Below, piece after piece: positions 20,443 to 29,685 of a stretch of DNA of 64,000 nt; within the stretch, counting starts at the first letter, position 1, and every line of letters starts with the position of its first letter. The stretch is taken from assembly GCA_032250875.1 (NCBI GenBank), contig JAVVDT010000001.1:1700-65699 (forward strand), given 5' to 3'. The notes beneath the pieces are model-generated. The model did not search any database, was not told the DNA's origin, and saw only the letters and a list, made by a program, of their open reading frames with translations. The position numbers were made by a program, and so were the translations under genes. The stretch comes from Desulfuromonadales bacterium (GTDB taxonomy: Bacteria > Desulfobacterota > Desulfuromonadia > Desulfuromonadales > BM103).

Positions 20443-21321
20443 ATGAGTGAAACGTCACATGAAATATCGACTGGCATGAAAAGGTTCGATGCCAGATTGA
20501 CAGATAAGGACTTCGATCGCTTCAGTCGCCTGGTTTATGAGCACTGTGGTATCAAGTTGCCACCACATAAGCGTAGTATGCTTGAAGCACGTTTACGCAA
20601 AAGGTTGCGCGCCCATCACTTGCATTCGTTCGAGGAATATGCCGACCTGGTGTTTGCTCAGGAGGTCTCGACAGAAGAATTGGTCAAGCTGATTGATGTT
20701 GTAACGACCAATAAAACCGATTTCTTTCGTGAACCGGCACATTTTGATTACCTCGTCAAGTCGGCACTGCCTTTTCTCGTCAATACCTATGGCGCAGGCA
20801 TCAACCAGGCATTGAAAGTATGGAGTGCAGGCTGCTCAACCGGTAAGGAACCCTACACCCTGGCCATGGTGCTCAAGGAGTATCAGGCCCACTCCACTGA
20901 ATTTCGTTTTGACATCATCGGTACGGATATCTGTACCGATGTTCTGGATAAGGCTGTTCAGGGTATTTATGCGTCTGCCAAGGCCGAGCCTATCCCTGAA
21001 GCGCTGAAAAAGAAGTATCTTCTCAAATCGAAGGATCCGGCAAATCGACAAGTCCGTATTGTCCCCGAATTACGTTCGCAGGTACGTTTTCGGCGGCTCA
21101 ATTTTATGGATGAAGACTTCGGTTTCCGCGAACCGTTTGATATTATTTTCTGTCGGAATGTGATTATTTATTTTGACAGACCGACCCAGGAGAGGCTGTT
21201 AACCAAGCTGGTCGAAAACCTTTCTTCCGGGCGGTATATTTTTTTAGGGCACTCGGAAACGTTACTGGGTTTGAACTTGCCGCTCAAGCAGATGGCGCCC
21301 TCCGTGTACAGAAGAATATAG
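20443..21321 (+). CDS. cheR: Chemotaxis methyltransferase CheR
   Basis: TTNKTDFFRE, WSAGCSTG, GTDI, FCRNVIIYFD and LGHSE. Confidence 0.93.
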   Translation: MSETSHEISTGMKRFDARLTDKDFDRFSRLVYEHCGIKLPPHKRSMLEARLRKRLRAHHLHSFEEYADLVFAQEVSTEELVKLIDVVTTNKTDFFREPAHFDYLVKSALPFLVNTYGAGINQALKVWSAGCSTGKEPYTLAMVLKEYQAHSTEFRFDIIGTDICTDVLDKAVQGIYASAKAEPIPEALKKKYLLKSKDPANRQVRIVPELRSQVRFRRLNFMDEDFGFREPFDIIFCRNVIIYFDRPTQERLLTKLVENLSSGRYIFLGHSETLLGLNLPLKQMAPSVYRRI

Positions 21322-21404
21322 TTGTAAATCAGCTTCTTGTTGGTCAATGTTAATGTAAAATTGATGTCTTTTTAGGGGTTTTTGTTCAGTTGAGGAGGTC
21401 TGCC

Positions 21405-22538
21405 ATGCTGTTTTGTAAGGTCCGCTTCCTGTCTCGCTTGTTGATGCTTTTCCTGGCCATCTCAGCCTGTTTGTGCCTATCATCATGCGGTGATGAACCA
21501 CCACTGAAAATCGGTTTTGTCGGAGGATTGACTGGACGGGTTGCTGATCTTGGCGTTGCCGGCCGTGATGCTGTGATCCTTGCCGTTGAGGAGAAAAACC
21601 AGTCCGGGGGGATTGCTGGCCGTCAGATAGAATTGATCGTTCGTGATGATCAGCAAAATGCTGAGCAGGCAGATCAGGCTGTCAGGGAACTGATTAAAGA
21701 AAATGTCCTCGCGATCATCGGCCCAATGACAAGTTCCATGGGAATGGTTTTGAAGCCCGTTGTTGATGCTGAACAGGTCGTAATGATCAGCCCGACCGTG
21801 AAAACGGATCAACTCTCAGGCCTGGATGATAATGTTCTTCGTGTAACGACCCCCCTTTCCAGGAATGCCAAGCAGGTCGCAGAATATGCCATCACGAAAC
21901 TCGGTTTAAAGAAGTTCGCCGTAGTCTACGATCTCTCTAATCGTGCATTCACAGAAACTTGGCTGAATCATTTCCAGGCCGCCCTTCAGGGATTGGGAGG
22001 GGACGTCTTGATTGCCGAAGAGTTCATCTCACAGTCGGATGTACATTTCCTGCCTATTGCAGAAAAAGTTCTTGAGATGTCCCCTGAAGCTGTCCTGTTG
22101 CTCAGTAATGCCATTGATACGGCTATGTTGTCACAACAATTCAGAAAATTAGGTAGCGATGTTCCGTTTTTTTCTTCGGAATGGGCTTTTACAACGGACT
22201 TGATCAGCTTCGGTGGCCGTTCGGTTAACGGTATGACCTCCTTCCACAGCTTTAATATTGACAGCCAGAGTGCGCGTTATCAGACCTTTGTCGAAACCTT
22301 CTCACGGAGGTTTGGCTACGTCCCTTCTTTTGCAACCGTGTTGGCCTATGATGCTGCAACGTTTCTTTTCAGAGGGTTGGAAATAACGACCAAGCGAAAC
22401 GAGTTAAAGCAGGCTCTTCTGGGTGTCGGTTCCTTCGAAGGTTTGCAGTCTCCGGTGACTGTAGACAAATATGGTGACGTAGAGAGAAGGCTTTTCCTGA
22501 CCGTGGTCGATAACGGCCAGTTCAAGGTGCTCGACTGA
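21405..22538 (+). CDS. Branched-chain amino acid (LivJ/K)-family periplasmic binding lipoprotein
   Basis: SSC lipobox; KIGFVGGLTG, GGIAGRQIEL, IIGPMTS and AYDA; GAGGAGG RBS. Confidence 0.85.
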   Translation: MLFCKVRFLSRLLMLFLAISACLCLSSCGDEPPLKIGFVGGLTGRVADLGVAGRDAVILAVEEKNQSGGIAGRQIELIVRDDQQNAEQADQAVRELIKENVLAIIGPMTSSMGMVLKPVVDAEQVVMISPTVKTDQLSGLDDNVLRVTTPLSRNAKQVAEYAITKLGLKKFAVVYDLSNRAFTETWLNHFQAALQGLGGDVLIAEEFISQSDVHFLPIAEKVLEMSPEAVLLLSNAIDTAMLSQQFRKLGSDVPFFSSEWAFTTDLISFGGRSVNGMTSFHSFNIDSQSARYQTFVETFSRRFGYVPSFATVLAYDAATFLFRGLEITTKRNELKQALLGVGSFEGLQSPVTVDKYGDVERRLFLTVVDNGQFKVLD

Positions 22539-22540
22539 TA

Positions 22541-25500
22541 ATGAAATTTACAGCAACACTCAAGCAGGCCCTTGCCCTGCATTTTGTCGCTGCTGCAGTG
22601 CTGCCGATTCTGTTGTTGGCGATTTTCAGCTCGCAGTATTTTACCCGTAAGCATTTCGATGCAATCTCCAACCTTCTCAATGCCCACGTGCAGAATGTTG
22701 CCAACGAAGCTACCGAGTGCCTTCGAGATACCAATACGATTCTTATGATGGTCGCCAAAATGATAGATGGCGAACGTCTTCACGGCAGAGAAAGGATCAA
22801 TGAGCATCTGCAGATAGCGCTGGAGAAATCCTATAATTTTGAATCGATCTATGTTCTGGACAACGACAAAAGGGTCATTCACCTCGGGCTTGCAGAAACA
22901 AATGCCGGTAATATAAATGATTACATGGGTTTGGATATGTCGGCACACAGCATTTTCAGGGGCCGCACCGTACTTACCCAACCAACCTGGTCCGACACTT
23001 TCCTTTCGACAATTACTGTTGAACCCTCGATCACCCTGGGGATACCGTTGCGCGATGGCACTCTGCTCGGTACGGTTAGTTTGCAAAGGCTCACAGAGGC
23101 CCTCGTGGAACGGTTGGGCCATATCTCACACAACTTTCATTTTGCATTGCTGGATCATCACGGGGTTGTGATTGCCGATTCAAGACCAGGAATCACATCG
23201 CAAAGGATCAACCTGCGCCTCCACCCTGAAGTCCGCAATGCCCTGGACAGTCAGATTGAAGTGTCCGGTAAATACCATGAAGACAACAGCCTGATGGAGA
23301 GTGTGCGTGTTGTCCCGGAAACAGGTTGGGCGGCGTACGTCAGCCTTCCGGTCAATGAGGTCCTGGCCGAAGTCCGTCCACTGAATTATCTGCTGATGTC
23401 AGTTCTGGCGTTTGCCGCGTTTCTGGGTGGGGTGTTTTCGTTCTGGTCGTCCAGGCGCATGTTGAAGCCGGTTGTGCTGTTGCGCGACGCTACAGCCGAG
23501 GTGGCACGGGGGAATTATGACCAGAATTTGCCAAGCGTGACATATAAAGAGCTCGATGACCTTGGCAACAGCTTCAACGCCATGCTCAAGGCTGTGCAGG
23601 AGCGAGAGTCTTCACTCGAACAAAGCCAGGCCCGTTACCTGGACCTTGTCAATTCAATTGATGGTATCGTCTGGGAGCTTGAGGTCGAAACGTTCCGTTT
23701 TACCTTTGTCAGCGAACAGGCCGAAAAGGTTCTCGGATATCCGGCACAGCGCTGGCTGGAAGAGCAGGGTTTTTGGAAGGATCACGTGCACGAAGATGAC
23801 CGCGGCTGGGTGGTCTCGTTCTGCATTGCAGAAACCGAGGCTAAAAGGGATCATGATTTTGAATACCGCATGATTGCTGCTGATGGGCGAGTTGTTTGGC
23901 TCAAAGACCTGGTGTCGGTCATTGTTGAAGACGGACGACCCGTACGACTGAGTGGCGTCATGCTTGATATTACCAGACGCAAAAATGCAGAAATTGAGTT
24001 GAGGGAGACCGCGGACAGGTTGAAGTTGCTCATCGAGCGTATGCCGTTCGGCTGCATCATGTGGGACCCGGAACTGAGGGTAGAGCTGTGGAATCCGGCT
24101 GCCGAAGCAATCTTTGGTTACAGGCAGGCAGAGGTCCAGGGTCGCCATCCCGACGAGTTCCTGATTCCGGACACCGCCAGGGAAAACGTAGAAAATAACT
24201 ATGCGAGGCTGGCCAGAGGCGATTTGCCGGCTAACAGCATTAACGAGAATTTTACCAAGGATGGTCATATCATTACCTGCGAATGGCACAATACGCCCCT
24301 GCGGAATCCAGATGGCAGCCCCGCAGGAGCCATATCGATGGTGGACGATATTTCGGAAAGGATCCATGCAGAGAACTCACTTAGGGAAAGCGAGGCTCGT
24401 TTTCGTGCGGTATTTGAAACCAACCCGGATGCGGTCCTGATCAGTCGATTCAGTGATGGCAGATTTGTCAGTCTCAACGACCATTGCTCAATAATGTGCG
24501 GTTATACCCGAGATGAAATGATTGGCAAGACCTCCCTTGAACTCGGTTTATGGGTTAACCCGGAGCAGCGTCGTTTGTATGTGGAGACCGTTCAAGAAAA
24601 AGGTCTGGTAGAAAATTTCGAGATGAAACTGCGTTCAAAAAACGGCAGGGAACGCATCGGCCTGGCGTCCGCCCGCACTCTGCTTCTCAATGATGAACTA
24701 TGTCTGCTCAGTGTCATCCGCGATGTTACCGAAATGAAAGAGGCGGAGATTCGCATGGCGAGGAGTGAATCACGTTTCAGGTCCCTGGTCTCGGTTTTGG
24801 GGGAAGGGATTCTTATCCTCGGTTTCAATGGCGAAATCGTTCAATGTAACAAGGCTGCCGAGCGGATTCTAAAGATGACCGCCGATGAGATGGTCGGCAA
24901 GTTCCATGATGAGATCAATCCTGATGCATTGAGAGAGAATGGAGCTGTCCTGCCACCAGAGGAGCATCCAGCAACATATACCCTGGAGACAGGGAAACCG
25001 GTCCAGAACCTGGTGATGGGCCTGCCGCAGGAGAATGGTGACATTGTCTGGCTGCAGGTGAACACGCAGGCTTTGGGCCTCGATAAGTCCGGTAAACCTG
25101 TCGCCGTGGTTGTTTCCTTTGCCGACGTCAGCGGTCTTAAACAGGTCGAAGGTGAACTTCGTCGCAGTGAGCAGCACTTGCAGGCTCTCAGTCGGCAATT
25201 CGAAGGGGTTCTCGAAGCAATTCCGGACCGGATACTGATCCTTGACAATTCTTTGCGGGTTATCTGGATCAACTGGCCGGAAGAAGCAGTCAAGCCCGGT
25301 CAGGATGTGGCAAGCCAGAACTTCCGCTGCGATCAGTTGCCGGGGGTTGTATGCAGCCCGAGGGCGGATTCGTCTTCGTCCCTGTGTGATGACTGCCCGG
25401 TGAAAAAGACCTTTGTGTCTGCACGTTCGGAGACCATTCAGAAAACATTGCCAGATGGCCGGACCCTTTCTTTAAGAACTTTCCCGGTTACCAGCGAACT

Positions 25501-26278
25501 TGGTGAGGTCAGCAACGTTATCGCTATTGCCCAGGATATCACGGACTCTTTGCTGCAGCAGGCCCAGTCAATGCGCACCGGTCAATTGGCCGCTCTGGGT
25601 GAGTTGGCGGCCGGTGTCGCTCATGAGATCAATAACCCGATTAACGGAGTCATCAACTATGCCCAGTTGATTTTCAATAAAGCTGCCGCCGAATCCAGAG
25701 AGCATGAATTGTCGCAACGTATTATCCGGGAAAGTGAGCGCATCGCCACTATCGTGCGCGAACTGCTCTATTTTTCCCGCGAAGAAAGTCAGGAGGTGGA
25801 GCAGCTTTCCGTGGAACATGCTTTACAGGAGGCCCTCGCCCTGACCAAACACCAGATGAACAAGGAAGGAATTCTCCTTGAGATAGACCTGCCGGACAGG
25901 TTGCCATTGATTGAAAGTCGTAGCCACCAGGTGCAACGCCTCTTTCTTAACCTGATCAGCAATGCTCGTTATGCACTCAAACAGAAGTACCCGGAGGCAG
26001 ATAACAACAAAATTCTGCGAATCACAGCTACAAAGGTGCAAATTGATAAAAAATCCTATGTGCGGATTGTGTTCAGGGACCACGGGACCGGCATATCCAG
26101 GGAGTTTCTGCCACGTGTTATGAATCCATTTGTCACGACCAAGCCCTCTTCGGAAGGCACTGGGCTTGGCCTGAGTATCAGTCACGAAATTATCCAGAAG
26201 CATAAGGGGTTCTTGAATATCAACAGTGTCCATGGAGAGTTCACGGAAGTTGTTGTCGATCTCCCTGCCAAGGACTGA
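22541..26278 (+). CDS. Cache-HAMP-multi-PAS sensor histidine kinase
   Basis: 2 TM, HAMP, 4-5 PAS repeats, AHEINNP H-box, N box, DHGTG and GTGLGL. Confidence 0.9.
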   Translation: MKFTATLKQALALHFVAAAVLPILLLAIFSSQYFTRKHFDAISNLLNAHVQNVANEATECLRDTNTILMMVAKMIDGERLHGRERINEHLQIALEKSYNFESIYVLDNDKRVIHLGLAETNAGNINDYMGLDMSAHSIFRGRTVLTQPTWSDTFLSTITVEPSITLGIPLRDGTLLGTVSLQRLTEALVERLGHISHNFHFALLDHHGVVIADSRPGITSQRINLRLHPEVRNALDSQIEVSGKYHEDNSLMESVRVVPETGWAAYVSLPVNEVLAEVRPLNYLLMSVLAFAAFLGGVFSFWSSRRMLKPVVLLRDATAEVARGNYDQNLPSVTYKELDDLGNSFNAMLKAVQERESSLEQSQARYLDLVNSIDGIVWELEVETFRFTFVSEQAEKVLGYPAQRWLEEQGFWKDHVHEDDRGWVVSFCIAETEAKRDHDFEYRMIAADGRVVWLKDLVSVIVEDGRPVRLSGVMLDITRRKNAEIELRETADRLKLLIERMPFGCIMWDPELRVELWNPAAEAIFGYRQAEVQGRHPDEFLIPDTARENVENNYARLARGDLPANSINENFTKDGHIITCEWHNTPLRNPDGSPAGAISMVDDISERIHAENSLRESEARFRAVFETNPDAVLISRFSDGRFVSLNDHCSIMCGYTRDEMIGKTSLELGLWVNPEQRRLYVETVQEKGLVENFEMKLRSKNGRERIGLASARTLLLNDELCLLSVIRDVTEMKEAEIRMARSESRFRSLVSVLGEGILILGFNGEIVQCNKAAERILKMTADEMVGKFHDEINPDALRENGAVLPPEEHPATYTLETGKPVQNLVMGLPQENGDIVWLQVNTQALGLDKSGKPVAVVVSFADVSGLKQVEGELRRSEQHLQALSRQFEGVLEAIPDRILILDNSLRVIWINWPEEAVKPGQDVASQNFRCDQLPGVVCSPRADSSSSLCDDCPVKKTFVSARSETIQKTLPDGRTLSLRTFPVTSELGEVSNVIAIAQDITDSLLQQAQSMRTGQLAALGELAAGVAHEINNPINGVINYAQLIFNKAAAESREHELSQRIIRESERIATIVRELLYFSREESQEVEQLSVEHALQEALALTKHQMNKEGILLEIDLPDRLPLIESRSHQVQRLFLNLISNARYALKQKYPEADNNKILRITATKVQIDKKSYVRIVFRDHGTGISREFLPRVMNPFVTTKPSSEGTGLGLSISHEIIQKHKGFLNINSVHGEFTEVVVDLPAKD

Positions 26279-26384
26279 TTCGTGCTCATTTTTTTTATCG
26301 CTGTGTTGAAAGTGTCTGGAGTCTTCAGAGTTGCTTCATTTTAAGTGTGGATATGTTTAGATCATAATTTTTAGGAGGTTCGAG

Positions 26385-27137
26385 ATGAGTTATCGTGTCC
26401 TGGTTGTTGATGATGAAGAAAGTATCCGCTTTACCTTTGCCGCTTTTCTCGGTGATGCAGGGTATGACGTTGAGACGTCCGAGAACCTGGGGGACGCCCT
26501 GGAAAAAATCAGGTCAAAAAAATTCGACGTCATTTTTCTGGATATTCTCCTCGGCCGCGAGTCGGGAATCAATGCCTTGAAGGAAAGTCGAAAGTGTCAA
26601 CCTAACACGCCAGTTGTCATGGCTACCGGAGCGCCGGAAATCAGTACGGCTGCAGAAGCAGTACGTCTTGGCGCTTTCGATTACATTACCAAGCCGATTC
26701 ATCAGGATGAACTTCTGCGACAAGCCAAGCTCGCTATTGAACATAAACAGCTTATTGACCAGAGAGAAACATACCAGTTGCGTATGGCTGCAGTTTTTCA
26801 GAGTGTTCATGAAGGGATTATGGTTTTTGACGAAAATATGAAGCTACTTGAGATCAACGATGCGGCGAACAGGATGTTGCGTTGCGAGGCGGAGCTTGCA
26901 GGCCTGAGTCCCGCAGAAATAAGCCGGCATTGCCCTCCTCTGGAAGCCTTGCAGGAGATGATCGAGGAACGCTGTGAAGGTGAAATTTTTCGCCTGGAGT
27001 CGACCGATGGTGCCGGAGAGCCGGTGGTTTTCGGGCTGACCATGGCGCCGTTGACAGGCCATGGCGAACGAGAACTGGGTACGGTCCTGGTCCTGAGGGA
27101 TGAGAGCCTGCCGGCTCGGCATATTGACAGGTCGTAA
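26385..27137 (+). CDS. Response regulator with receiver and PAS only, no output domain
   Basis: Intact receiver followed by a PAS-like segment; paralogous to the N-terminal half of the next gene. Confidence 0.85.
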   Translation: MSYRVLVVDDEESIRFTFAAFLGDAGYDVETSENLGDALEKIRSKKFDVIFLDILLGRESGINALKESRKCQPNTPVVMATGAPEISTAAEAVRLGAFDYITKPIHQDELLRQAKLAIEHKQLIDQRETYQLRMAAVFQSVHEGIMVFDENMKLLEINDAANRMLRCEAELAGLSPAEISRHCPPLEALQEMIEERCEGEIFRLESTDGAGEPVVFGLTMAPLTGHGERELGTVLVLRDESLPARHIDRS

Positions 27138-27147
27138 AGGAACTGAA

Positions 27148-28854
27148 ATGACATCTCATATCCTGATTATTGATGATGAAGAGAGCTTGCGCTTCACTCT
27201 TCAGTCTTTTCTGCAAGATGAAAATTATGTGGTGTCAACAGCAGCCTCGTTTACTGATGCCGAAGAACTTGTCAAGCAGAGCCTGTTCGACCTGGTTTTT
27301 CTTGATATACAGTTAGGAAGACACAGTGGCCTCGACCTGCTTAAGGTGATCAGGGAGAAATTCGCTAATTGCCCCGTGGTCATGATTACCGGAGCTCCGG
27401 ATGTCACCACTGCTGCTGAAGCAGTGCGCCAGGGTGCCTTTGATTATATCCCCAAGCCGATACGTCAGGACACTCTCCTGCGTGTTGCCAAGATGGCGCT
27501 TAAGCACAAGACAGTGGTCGATCAGCGCGAACAATACCGTGCCCATCTCTCTGCCATGTTCGATAGTGTCCGTGATGGGCTCCTTTTGGTTGATGAACGA
27601 CAGAACATCCTCCAGGCCAACCATGCCTTGATCAACCTGTTTGGGTTGCCGGAACGTGTTTTGGGGATGTCGCTTTCCCAGTTGCCGCAGAATATCCGTT
27701 CGACGTTCATCGAAATCGTTGAAAAGATTTTTGTCACCAATAAACCTGTGACCTCCCAACGCCTGGAAATAACATCCCCCTCCCAGCGTGAGTGCATTCT
27801 CAACATCTCTGCCGCACCCTGTGTTGCCGAGATGGGAAATCCATTTGGGGTCGTGCTGACCGTCCGTGATGAGACACGCCTCGAATCACTGGAGCGCAGT
27901 TTAAAGAAACGTCAGAAATTCGAACACATCGTTGGGCGTAGTGAGGCTGTCCAGACGATGTTCGGTCTGATAGAGAATCTGGCGGAAGTCGATACCACCG
28001 TACTGATTACAGGTGAAAGTGGTACCGGCAAGGAACTCGTTGCAGAAGCACTCCACTATCGCAGTGACCGTCGAAATGCTCCTCTGGTTAAGATTAATTG
28101 CGCGGCGTTACCTGAAAACCTCTTGGAGAGTGAGCTCTTTGGTCACCTGAAAGGTTCTTTTACCGGAGCATTGAAAGATAAGGTCGGTCGCTTTGAACAG
28201 GCAGATGGCGGCACAGTTTTCCTCGATGAAATTGGTGACATATCGCCGGCGATGCAGGTTCGTCTGTTGAGGGTTTTGCAGAACAAGGAGATTGAAAAAG
28301 TTGGTGGCACGGAAACGATCAAGGTCGATGTGCGGATTGTTGCTGCAACCAATCAGGACTTGCTGAAGAAAGTTCGCGAAGATGAGTTCCGTGAGGACCT
28401 TTACTATCGTCTGCGTGTCGTGCAGATACCGATGCCGCCGTTACGCAATCGAAGAGATGATATTCCGTTGTTGGTTGATCATTTCGTTGCCATATACAAT
28501 GAACGCTTCAAGCGGCAGGTCCAGGGTGTCACTGCGGCTGCGATGAAGCAGATGACTCGTTACGATTGGCCAGGCAATATTCGGGAGCTTCAGCACTCGA
28601 TAGAACACGGCTTTGTTTTATGCCGTGACGACCTGATCGATCTACAGCATTTGCCTCCCGAGTTAAAAGAGAGCACGATTTCAGTTCACGACCAGCAAAA
28701 AGAGCAGGCTGACGAAACAACAAGGATTGTTGAGGCGTTGGATAAAGCCGGCTGGAACAAAAGCCGCGCCGCACGTATCCTCGGCGTCAGTCGTCGGACC
28801 ATTTATCGCAAGATGGATGAACTTGGCATCGACGACGAGGAGGAGTCGCCTTAA
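27148..28854 (+). CDS. sigma54-dependent enhancer-binding regulator (Rec-PAS-AAA+-Fis HTH)
   Basis: GESGTGKE, ESELFGH, GSFTGA, FLDEIG, WPGNIREL and NKSRAARILG. Confidence 0.93.
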   Translation: MTSHILIIDDEESLRFTLQSFLQDENYVVSTAASFTDAEELVKQSLFDLVFLDIQLGRHSGLDLLKVIREKFANCPVVMITGAPDVTTAAEAVRQGAFDYIPKPIRQDTLLRVAKMALKHKTVVDQREQYRAHLSAMFDSVRDGLLLVDERQNILQANHALINLFGLPERVLGMSLSQLPQNIRSTFIEIVEKIFVTNKPVTSQRLEITSPSQRECILNISAAPCVAEMGNPFGVVLTVRDETRLESLERSLKKRQKFEHIVGRSEAVQTMFGLIENLAEVDTTVLITGESGTGKELVAEALHYRSDRRNAPLVKINCAALPENLLESELFGHLKGSFTGALKDKVGRFEQADGGTVFLDEIGDISPAMQVRLLRVLQNKEIEKVGGTETIKVDVRIVAATNQDLLKKVREDEFREDLYYRLRVVQIPMPPLRNRRDDIPLLVDHFVAIYNERFKRQVQGVTAAAMKQMTRYDWPGNIRELQHSIEHGFVLCRDDLIDLQHLPPELKESTISVHDQQKEQADETTRIVEALDKAGWNKSRAARILGVSRRTIYRKMDELGIDDEEESP

Positions 28855-28941
28855 TTACGAGGTGTGAGTGGGTGCTGATTGCGCTTAGCACGTGGAATGA
28901 GAAAACCTTGACAGTACAACGCTAGGCTGCATGCTTCTCCT

Positions 28942-29052
28942 CGCCACTCGCCACTCGCCACTCGCCACTCGCCACTCGCCACTCGCCACTCGCCACTCGC
29001 CACTCGCCACTGTCACTGTCACTGTCACTGTCACTGTCACTGTCACTGTCAC
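28942..29052. repeat. Compound microsatellite (CGCCACT)10 (GTCACT)6 GTCAC
   Basis: Counted directly: heptamer 28942-29011, hexamer 29012-29052. Confidence 0.95.
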
Positions 29053-29064
29053 ACTCTTGTGACA
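29047..29064. promoter_or_regulatory. Palindrome TGTCACA-N4-TGTGACA (putative enhancer/UAS)
   Basis: Perfect 7-bp arms; recurs at 34747 and, with one mismatch, at 44784. Confidence 0.65.
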
Positions 29065-29213
29065 AAAGTTACCAGGCAGATAACTTCAGTTATTCTCCTT
29101 CACGTGTCCCTTCCTGTTGGTGAGTCGCTAAAGATGAACTTGTTGTGGCGTAAGATGCTGATTAAAAGGGCATATTGTCTAGCGAGGGGTAAAAAGTTTT
29201 TGCGCTGCCATAT

Positions 29214-29228
29214 TGGCATGCATATTGG
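29214..29228 (+). promoter_or_regulatory. Putative sigma54 -24/-12 promoter
   Basis: TGGCATGCATATTGG; GG-N10-G spacing correct but -12 C replaced. Confidence 0.5.
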
Positions 29229-29268
29229 AACTCCTGTTTGAGCAGATTCGTTCATGGGAGATTGTGGT

Positions 29269-29685
29269 ATGCCAAAAAGAATATGTATCGTTGATGACCA
29301 ACCCAGTTTGCGCCAGATGGTGCGTTTTGCCCTGACTATCCAGGGCATAGCGGTTGAAGAGGCAAAAGATGGCGTTGACGCATTGGAGAAAATATCAAAT
29401 CAGGGCTTCGATTTGATTATTGCCGACTGGCAAATGCCTAGAATGGATGGGCTTGAGATGTTGCGTCGGCTCAGAAATATCCCCGGTTATATAGATGTCC
29501 CTGTGATTATGATCAGCTGCCGAGATGATATCGAAGCCCGCAAACAGGCGCGTGCTCTCGGTGTCCTGGCCTGGATAAAGAAACCGTTCCGTTTGTCTGA
29601 AATACAAACTGTTGTAGAAGACACCCTCGATATCGCAGACCTTGCTGGACCCAGCTCTGAAAGAGTAGGTAACGGGTTTACCTGA
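29269..29685 (+). CDS. Single-domain CheY-like response regulator
   Basis: VDDQ, ADWQMPRMDG and WIKKPF; GGGAG RBS. Confidence 0.82.
   Translation: MPKRICIVDDQPSLRQMVRFALTIQGIAVEEAKDGVDALEKISNQGFDLIIADWQMPRMDGLEMLRRLRNIPGYIDVPVIMISCRDDIEARKQARALGVLAWIKKPFRLSEIQTVVEDTLDIADLAGPSSERVGNGFT

Noticed and set aside
28942-29052. Repeat array as CRISPR or iteron region
   Set aside because: 6-7-nt units with no spacers, and no cas or rep genes nearby
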